Shown one piece after another: positions 55,685 through 64,000 of a stretch of 64,000 nt of DNA. Within the stretch, counting starts at the first letter, position 1. Each line of letters opens with the position of its first letter. The notes under the pieces are model-generated. The model saw only the letters and a program-made list of their open reading frames with translations. It had not been told where the DNA came from and searched no databases. The position numbers were made by a program, and so were the translations under genes. Source of the stretch: Salisapilia sapeloensis CBS 127946 (lineage: Eukaryota; Protista; Oomycota). The DNA is taken from NCBI GenBank assembly GCA_023334545.1, contig JAADVB010000012.1:78416-142415 (forward strand). Direction: 5' to 3'.

Positions 55685-57136
55685 TCATAAGCGGTAGCAC
55701 TGACCCAGTGCATTAATATTTCCAAGTTTGACGGCATTGTAGAAAACCCGACGTAATAGAAGATGCTTTTGAAAGGCGTCTGGAAGTGGCGTTGCATCCA
55801 CTCCGACCATGCATTCAGTGCCATAATCTATCCATTGGAATTGGGGTGACACGCGTGGCCTCCTTGCAGCGATGTGACTTATCGCTGGATTATGCAATTG
55901 TGCCGCTCGTTTGTATTGTCCAATTTTGACAGGAAATGGCTCCAACAATGCCTTACCATTCACATACAAGAGCTCTGCTGGTTCATCCAAAGAACCGGCT
56001 GGGACGTAATGCGCTAAGCTACCACAAAGAGTGTCCGGATGTAGTGTCATATCTTCACATATGGAGCAGGAAACGACGGAAGTACCCCACGGAGAAAACG
56101 TATACGGAACTCGAGCTAGTGCATAGCTCAACCAAAAGCTTTCTTTATCTCCATGCCATTTCTTTTCCTGGAAACGCAGCTCTGTAATAAAGTACCACAA
56201 CACTTGCATCGCTTTTCCTGCTCTTGTCTTATCAACTGCTACCATAGATGAATCCTGTTCATGTCCGGATGCACCAGAGTAAACGTACGAGTTCAGGACA
56301 TGATTCGGTAACCTTCCAGCTTTAATTCCAAAGCGATCGTACGGAAAGTCTCGAAGGAACTTTCGCACCCAAGGTTCTCGTGTCCAGCCAGCACGAGTAC
56401 TGAGAAACTCGTGCGGTCCCGTCACACGGTCGTAGAAGAAGAGTGTGCCTGTGGACTGATACGCTGGTGTTTCTCGAACAACGGCTGGGTCTTTTACCGG
56501 AATGACATCCGCATCGAGCAGAATAGGATGCTGTAGATCTGTGTGAGTGAGTGCAAGTGGCTTGATCCACCAGTTGCGAAACGTTTGAGCCATATTGTTA
56601 CTTATTTGATCCTTGTTTCGGAGCTCTTGACACACGTCGATGATTTCAAGGCGAGGGTCGAGAGCGAAGAGTGCATTGCGTGATGGAGCTGATAGCTCCT
56701 TGGATGTACAGTGGTAGACCTGAATCACTTCTTCATTCCCTAGGCATCGCAGCTGACGAATAAGTGACATACCCATGCTAATCATGCGTTCATGAAGTGG
56801 CAAGATGATGCCTTTGTCACGCGATACATTCCTCAAGCGTCCATTTTCAAGCCAATCCTTTACTTTTTGAGCCTTAGGAGTAGCGTTCCATCCAATTGTT
56901 TCCAAAGCAAGTCTTGGTCGCGAATCGAGCTCGACATCGTACTCGACGATCACTGTGTTATTGTAATTCGATTCCACTTCTGTAGTTTGGAGCATCAAAT
57001 ACGAGATCGGTATCGATGTCATCGCAAAGAAAATGACGGATATAACTAGGATGAACCATTTATATCGACGACAAGGCCTCCGGTATGGAGCCACACCTCC
57101 TTCGTATCCAGTCGAAACCCTCATGAATGTCGACAC
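55685..57136 (-). CDS. GT71 mannosyltransferase, paralog 2 (type II membrane protein)
   Basis: TM helix WFILVISVIFFAM; KGIILP, KPLALTHT, LDAD, FFYDR, HEQDSS and GDKESFW. Confidence 0.9.
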   Translation of the reverse strand: MSTFMRVSTGYEGGVAPYRRPCRRYKWFILVISVIFFAMTSIPISYLMLQTTEVESNYNNTVIVEYDVELDSRPRLALETIGWNATPKAQKVKDWLENGRLRNVSRDKGIILPLHERMISMGMSLIRQLRCLGNEEVIQVYHCTSKELSAPSRNALFALDPRLEIIDVCQELRNKDQISNNMAQTFRNWWIKPLALTHTDLQHPILLDADVIPVKDPAVVRETPAYQSTGTLFFYDRVTGPHEFLSTRAGWTREPWVRKFLRDFPYDRFGIKAGRLPNHVLNSYVYSGASGHEQDSSMVAVDKTRAGKAMQVLWYFITELRFQEKKWHGDKESFWLSYALARVPYTFSPWGTSVVSCSICEDMTLHPDTLCGSLAHYVPAGSLDEPAELLYVNGKALLEPFPVKIGQYKRAAQLHNPAISHIAARRPRVSPQFQWIDYGTECMVGVDATPLPDAFQKHLLLRRVFYNAVKLGNINALGQCYRL

Positions 57137-57262
57137 ACGTACTACTATATTGCTATGTTGTAGCCGTCATAATATATCATAGATGTTTTAATCGGATAAG
57201 AACCGGTCCCACAGTCTAAGTGGATCGCTATCTCACTCGTTCCATTCTCCACGTACGTTGCA

Positions 57263-58630
57263 ATGAGACGTGGGTGGGTCGCCTTCTTAGGCTTTCTAGT
57301 CACCATCGTTCTGATGCACATGATATATATGGCTCAATTGTACTATGGCCTGTCATTTAGCGCTTGGCATAAGAACACGGCCTTCGCTGTGACAGAGCTC
57401 GTCGCCCCAGAGTCGAGCGCCGCATCTTCTCCATCTCAAAACGCTTATGCAACCGACCGAGCGATCATAATCCCGATTACAGATGCATCTATCTCTCTTG
57501 CAGTCTCCTTGATAAGGCAGCTACGCTGTCTTGGCAATGACGATGCGATTGAACTGTATCATTGTGGAAAGCAGCTATCGTCCACGGCTCAAGACATCGT
57601 TTCCTCCATCGACACGAGCACGCAGATCATAGACGTCTGCCAGTCTTACATCTCAGACGGCTACTTGTCAGTAAGCGATTTGGAGCACTATCAGAACAAA
57701 TGGGTGAAGCCACTAGCGTTGATCCATTCCAAAGCACGGAATGTGATTCTTATGGAGCCAGGTGTAGTCCCAGTCATCGATCCGTCTGTCGTGCTAGACT
57801 TGGAAGATTATAAAGCTTCCGGTGCTGTCTTCTTCTATGACCACGTTCGTGATAAAGATAAATACTTTAATGCTCCAATTGCCAGTTCGATCGGTCTAAG
57901 CGGTCGTCGCACGAACTCTTGGCTCAACCATACTCTGTCATCCTTGGATGCACTACAGGATGAACGAAAGAATGATAGTGCTTCTTCCCACTTCCAAACA
58001 TCTCTCGCCTACACTGGTGTCACTGGACATGAACAGAATGCAAATGTCGTGTACTTGGATAAGCTCCGTCATCCACTCGGATTGCATTTCTTATGGCGAT
58101 TAACGACTACGACTCGATTCCATCATGACTTCTCCTATGAGGATCATGAAGTGTATTGGCTCAGTATGGAATTCGCACGTGAAAAGTATACGTTCTCGCC
58201 TTGGAACTCGGCTGCCGTCTCCTCCTCTACGAACGAGGACATGAAAGAACATCCAGATACCTTGTGTGGTGCCATCGCACAGTACATGCCAGTGAATGTC
58301 AGCGACCCAGGCATCCTATTCGTGAATGGAAAGTCCTTGTTAGAACCGTATCCAGCAGGTTTACGCAACAACGAGAAGACACTCGTGTACAACCCAGGAC
58401 CGTCACATGTCACACCTCCATCCATCCGCCGTCCTCGAGGAGAAACAAGTATTGTATACCCAGCGGAATGTCTAGTCCATCGAGGATCGACACCTCTCTC
58501 GACTTCATTCCTGACACAACTACTCGTTCGAAGGAGTTACTTTTTAGCAGCACAAAGTGGCTTGTACTCAACTCTATCAGACTGTACCTTGTCAGAGGAA
58601 CTCGTGAACAACTCAAATGCACTTTCGTGA
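57263..58630 (+). CDS. GT71-family protein, paralog 3, with degenerate catalytic motifs
   Basis: [29 protein letters not shown] and CGAIAQY are retained, but MEPG replaces LDAD and HEQNAN replaces HEQDSS. Confidence 0.85.
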   Translation: MRRGWVAFLGFLVTIVLMHMIYMAQLYYGLSFSAWHKNTAFAVTELVAPESSAASSPSQNAYATDRAIIIPITDASISLAVSLIRQLRCLGNDDAIELYHCGKQLSSTAQDIVSSIDTSTQIIDVCQSYISDGYLSVSDLEHYQNKWVKPLALIHSKARNVILMEPGVVPVIDPSVVLDLEDYKASGAVFFYDHVRDKDKYFNAPIASSIGLSGRRTNSWLNHTLSSLDALQDERKNDSASSHFQTSLAYTGVTGHEQNANVVYLDKLRHPLGLHFLWRLTTTTRFHHDFSYEDHEVYWLSMEFAREKYTFSPWNSAAVSSSTNEDMKEHPDTLCGAIAQYMPVNVSDPGILFVNGKSLLEPYPAGLRNNEKTLVYNPGPSHVTPPSIRRPRGETSIVYPAECLVHRGSTPLSTSFLTQLLVRRSYFLAAQSGLYSTLSDCTLSEELVNNSNALS

Positions 58631-58644
58631 AAACAACTTGTGAC

Positions 58645-60838
58645 TTAGCTAAACCATTTTGAAAATATCGTTGACGAGACGTCTTCTTGCTTTCGACGAC
58701 CGCCTCGAATTGGTCGAACGACATGGTCTCCAACGCCACTCGCTTGCATGCCTCCTCTCACTGGTCGAAACGATGAGGACATGGCCATGGAAGAGCGTTG
58801 GGGGTCAGCTTGGGAACGCTGACTGGATCGAAAGACGAGCATTTCATCGCGTAGTTTCGTTAAGTCCTTCGTATGTTGCTCTGCTTGCGCACGCATGTTG
58901 GCCGTCAAGGTCTTGTTGGACTTTTCTAAGCGCACGAGCCTCTGGTCTCTGTTCACCAGCTTCTTCTGTGCGTCAGTAGCTTCTAGTTCGAGTGACGAGT
59001 TGTTCCGTAGTAGCTGTCGATACGCATGAATTAGTTGCTGCATCTTTTGCTGCAACGACTGGACGTACTGTCGATCATATCGATTCAGATCCATCGTAAT
59101 GTCCGTGTCACTCGACTGCACTTGTCGTTCTAACTGCTCGACGTAGCTTTCTCGTTGCCGACTTACTTGTTCTAGCTGTCGATATCGATCCTGACTTTCT
59201 CGTAGCTGCGTCTCGACTTCAGACAATTGATTTGTGTCGTCAGAAGGGAGCAACGCAGCCATGTCCTCTACCTCTTGGTCCTTCAATATCAATTGCTCTT
59301 CGTATCTACTCGCCTGTTCTCTCTTCTCCTTTTGAATCATCTCTGCCAATGCTTTCGCTTGTTCTTTCTCCGCCTCTGCATCATCTAACTTGGCACACAA
59401 GCTCCGAATCTCTTCAGCTCGTCGATTCGATTCATCCCGTTCGTCCATCAACTCCTTTTCCAACGCTTCTATCCTTTCTTGTTGATCCAGTACGACCTGA
59501 CGCTCATCCTCTCCTCCCTTTTGCTCTAACGTCTGCAAGTATTGATTCTGTTTCTGCAGTTTCTTTTCCATCTCCAAAAGCTGCCGTTGGAGTTCATCGA
59601 CACTCGGTGCGGCATTCACGACAGCACAGTTACGTATCGCTTTAGCACGTTGACCGAAACGTAGTGTCGATAACGTCTCGGAGGCGTTGTATGAACTAGG
59701 AGAAACGTTGATGACAAGAGCAGTGCGGCTATTCCCGCCTAGTGACTCTTGTAGCACGCGTGTTAATTTACTATCTCGATACGGAACGTGTGTCATGCTC
59801 GTGTCTGTGAGAGCGTTGATGACCATCCCTAAGGACGTTAGCGACCGGTTGATCGTTTTTGCTTCTTCTAGTTGCTGACCAGAAGCCTTGGTCTTCCGAA
59901 CCATCTCAGACCCGGCGAGATCTACTAGATACAATTTGCCACTCTTGGTCGCTTGCGTCGTCATATCACGCTGAGTGACCGTGACCATGAAGACGCTATG
60001 GCTTCGAGAACTGCCTTCGTTCATGCCAGTAGCTGCGACTGCACGATGGGCAGCTCCGTCTCGCATGACATCTAGAAGCTCAGTGTCTGACACGACGTGC
60101 ATTTCAGTCATGCCCTCTACAAAGACGCCACGAGTAGAGTCTTCACGGACTTGGAGATTGACCTTTGTTTTGTACACGTCCAAGAGGTCTCGAATCTTTT
60201 CCATGTAGATTTCGATATAACTGACTTTTACTGAGAACTCGATGTTCTCATCAGCAGCCTCAACATGCTGAAAGAGTTCTGTCGCGGCTCGAGGGATGAT
60301 GCCTCGTAGAGAATCGTCGTCTATAGATGTCCCCTCCATCGTGTACGTCTTTCCGGATGATGTCTGACCGTACGCGAGGATCGTTGCATTATACCCGTTC
60401 ATTAGATCTAAGTACGTGTGAGTGGTTGGTGTATTGCTACGAGCTAGAATGGCATACCTTCAACCATCGGTCTCGCAACGACGTCAAAGACGATGGCTTG
60501 GTCGTCGTCAGCATTGAAAGCATGGTCATAAGTAAAAGTCTGATGGGTCGTTCCGTTCTATCAAGACGCAGGTATGCAATGAGTCCATCGTTCCTATGGA
60601 TATATACTGGGAGAAAGGCATGGTGTATATACCTGGAGTTTGACTTGTGACCGATTCGAGATAGAGACGCATGTGCTCGAGTTCGATACCTCCTGTTCCT
60701 TGCTATTGGTAGGTCTCACTCGACAACAAACACGTACGTTACTCGTATCCACCTATTGCAATCCATATACAGTATTGATAAATCCTTCTAGACATGTATT
60801 CGTTGAAAAAGACAACGACGTACGCTCAAGTCGCCCAT
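58645..60838 (-). CDS. KIF5: Kinesin-1 heavy chain, 4 exons
   Basis: Spliced [58 protein letters not shown] neck and RPIRGG tail motif. Confidence 0.88.
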
Positions 60839-61058
60839 TAGCATGTTACGACGATCCGCCGAGTCCCGCGATGTATCCGACGGTACCACTTTTGACTTGA
60901 TTAAAGTATAGTTTTCCTTCCAGATTGAACCTCACTTGGATAAAATATACTATCTGATCTGTCGAGACCTGCAAGATGATCGAATGATACACCCGTTGCT
61001 AGGTTGACCTCTTACTTGCCTACGTGATGACAACTTTGTACCATTGAACAAACGTTTA

Positions 61059-62255
61059 TTATTCTTTCTTCTTAAGCATATGCTCTGCGTAGTAGTCTTC
61101 GTACGCTGGGTATTTTTCCATGAACTTTTGATGCGACGCTCGAATCCACGGCGCGCTGTTCTTCAATTCGTCCGCTCCACGCACCTTCAACAGAAATTCG
61201 TACCTTGGTTCCAAAATATTCTCTCGACTCCGCATCATCAATCCAGGATATTTCTCCAGAAGCCCGAGATCCATCCCCACGACGTTGACGAGGAAATCAA
61301 TCGACTTTTCCAAGGATTCCGTCTTGTACATGATGACACGAGGGACTTTCACCCACATTGTTCTCCATGCCCCTTCACCAAAGTAATGATCGAGAAAGGC
61401 CATCCGAGCTCGAATCGTCTCCATACTCATTGACATTACTTCTGGGACGTAGACAATGAATTTCGTCAAAGCGACTCGATCGAGATTGAGTTCCTGTAGA
61501 AAGTCGACCTTATGACGCATGCGTTCGAGCGAAATGGTCATACATTGTGGCATGCGTTGGAGGATCGATGTGACCTGATGATTGCTCAAACCTACTTCAC
61601 GCCAGAACCGCACTTTCGGCTCAAGCGTATTCTCAATGCTTAAACTAGCAACTTGTGGGAAGACGGTAAAGATGAATGGGATCTAGCGACTGGATGAATA
61701 TAAGTGTGCAGGTTGATACACATGTACAAGTACCTTGGTCGGGAGGACGCCTTGCGCGAGGTACCAGTCTCGAATGGTATCAACTTGTTCCGATGGAACG
61801 CCGACGATAGTTCCATGTCGACCTATGGACTTCACGAGCTCCTTTCTCGACATACCGATATCTTGGAGATGGCCATACTAGTCTGTATTAGTAGCTATTC
61901 TTTATAATAAATGACATATAGCGTACTCGGTCCAAGATGACGTCTGGGCTGAAGGAAGCGATCTGTACAGGCGCATTTGTTACCATTGCAAGTAGGTTGC
62001 ATATACTATAGCATGTACCTGTGGGTATCGTAACAAGGAAGTAAAGGCTTGTTGGGGTGTCAATCCGAGTGAACGTAATAATGCTAAAGCTGCATCGACG
62101 TCACCCTCCGTCGTCTTGTAGCCCCTATTATCCAGCTTTTGCCAGATCTGTCCTCGATACTTGTCAATCTTATCCACGGAAGTAGTCGACGTCGAGAACG
62201 TAGCTACCCCTCGCCAAGCCACTCGTCGATACGCAAGTGCATGTAGACGCAGCAT
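61059..62255 (-). CDS. mTERF-family protein, mitochondrial, 4 exons
   Basis: Presequence MLRLHALAYRR; repeated L..LGL...I..yP units; SIENTLEPKVRFWREVG and ENILEPRYEFL. Confidence 0.85.
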
Positions 62256-62355
62256 GGGCACTATTCGTTGGATAAAACGCTATTTTTAACTGTCGTATAC
62301 AAAAGCCAAGTATACGCCGACAAACGTCGAAAAGTTCGTCCTAGGGCAGGTACCG

Positions 62356-63519
62356 ATGGAGCTCCGTGGCGATGACCATGGTATGCAGCTCCATTTGCTG
62401 CGTATCATCTCGATCTTCCTCTACTCTTTTTTAAGTCGCAAGCCGCAATTGGCTGCCTTTGTAAATGCAACGCAGGACGCTGAACCGACGAACGAGCATG
62501 ACCGGTCAGAACAAGAACAGATTTTAGCCTTGCTACGGACCAATGTACAGCTAGAGCTTATGTATTCAGGTGCAAATGATGAGTGTGATGCAATGCTACG
62601 GGAACAACGCGTTGCGGGCAAGCTGCAGCGCCTCTTGCATGCGCAACGGTCTCTGCCATCGCAACAGACGCAATGGTTATCAGCTCTACTGCACTCGCAA
62701 TTGCTACAATTGTCCGAGCCATTCGTCCAGTGCATGGCTGGAAGCGTGCTCGAGTGCACACTAGAGTACTTGTGCACGAGATCTGCGACACCAGCCCTAT
62801 TATATCCGTTGGTGGACGCCGTCGACTCGCTTTCGATCGAAACTAGAGAATGTCTAGACGCTCTTGCCTTGTTATGGAGTTATCTAGCACAGTCGCATGG
62901 ATCCGACACAGTACGCTCCATCCTACTATATGTCTCCACAACTAGACTAAGCATGCCCACTAGGTCGAGACGATGGTCGAGCAATATTATAAGACAGTAT
63001 TCGTTCTTGATGACGATAACCAGAGAGGAGATACGGAACGCACGGAAAGCCTAGCCAAATGCTTCCTTCGGACACTCATTTTACACTCGGACCACATCTT
63101 CCGTCGCGACTTGACCGTACGAATCTCTTCCTTCTAATGTACTTACGCCTATCTCATTTGCTTACTAGTACTCGGAATTGCCTACGCTCCTCGACAGCGA
63201 TGCGGACGACGAGCTCGAGACACCAGTGAAACCATCGACACCATCCACTGACACATCTGAAGTGAGCTGTCCTCTAGATCTGCATGAACCAGTGGTGTCG
63301 CCGCCGTACGCCCAGCCGATCTACAGCGCTAAATCGTGCTCGGCAGAAGCGATGCTCCCGGAGCTTCGACAGCGCCACTCGACTTCGAATCAAGAAGTGG
63401 TCGTAATGAAGTTACCTGAGGACCCGGCGGACCATGAGCAGCTACCTGCAGTAGCTGTCGTCGGTCTCGCAGCGGCTGCCGGGACACTAGCCGCCGCCCT
63501 ATGTGCGATCCTGAACTAG
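62356..63519 (+). CDS. Hypothetical protein with C-terminal hydrophobic tail, probably 3 exons
   Basis: ORFs 62356 and 63178 join in frame through two GTACG..TAG introns; the protein ends VAVVGLAAAAGTLAAALCAILN. Confidence 0.6.
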
Positions 63520-63572
63520 GCATGGCAATAAAGTATACTAGATTTCTACTTTCCATCTCGATTCCTCATAAC

Positions 63573-64000
63573 TTAGACACGATACGCTCGCTGCAGTCCT
63601 ATCCAAAGTAGCTTTCCTACCTCTGGCAGCATGTACCCGACAGTCTGGAGACATTCATGCGGAGCATCACATGCGATTGCGACGCTCATGAAGGCGCTGA
63701 GGACAAGCGACGAGAGAGGGAAGACGAGATAAAGTAGCAACGATCGAGCGAGTCGAGATGAGGGCCCCCAGTTGTCCATGGCAAAGCAACAAGACAAGTT
63801 GTAGCCGTGGATGAGGAAGAGGAGAGGGAGGCGAAACGCCATGTTCAGCCATCCTGCTCTCAAGTAGTATAAGGCAGAGGACGCGAGGACTACTACAGCA
63901 ACGTTAAGGAGGCGAGTATACGCAAAGAAGAAGAAGACGAGGATAAGGAGGAGCGCGGCGGCGAGCTTTAGGCCGTACATGACTTGACACGAGGCATACG
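63573..64000 (-). CDS. Multi-pass membrane protein, 5' part outside window
   Basis: Frame is open to the window edge, with several hydrophobic helices. No family recognised. Confidence 0.6.
   Translation of the reverse strand, partial: YASCQVMYGLKLAAALLLILVFFFFAYTRLLNVAVVVLASSALYYLRAGWLNMAFRLPLLFLIHGYNLSCCFAMDNWGPSSRLARSLLLYLVFPLSSLVLSAFMSVAIACDAPHECLQTVGYMLPEVGKLLWIGLQRAYRV

Overview
Gene-dense eukaryotic nuclear DNA, most likely a flagellated stramenopile or oomycete. This is inferred from gene content (GT71 expansion, two-domain cathepsin Z, EF-hand NOX, TEX9) and one Inr/FPR-like promoter; the species cannot be named. I find about 41 protein genes with very short GT-AG introns (mostly 50-61 nt, GTACGT/GTATGT donors), head-to-head pairs 100-170 bp apart, and tail-to-tail pairs as close as 14 bp. 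Most are housekeeping genes: three unrelated kinesins, PKA-C, RPL32, RPS11, RPN10, COX11, GCSH, CWC27, DPH3, HemK, MZT1, NF-YB, STK19, MINDY and mTERF. I recognised no rRNA, tRNA, CRISPR array or intact transposon. The best leads are: (1) a Zn-finger plus HNH-like nuclease gene of unknown function; (2) a GT71 mannosyltransferase trio whose third copy has lost its DxD motif and sits head-to-head with an intact paralog, next to an NADPH oxidase; (3) a GT8 with a degenerate DxD resembling plant IPUT1/PGSIP; (4) two divergent NUXM complex I paralogs sharing an intron position; (5) a 335-nt structured RPS11 intron; (6) a recurring TACTTTAATCAAG-like motif upstream of start codons. Exon boundaries and family calls were made by eye, without database searches.
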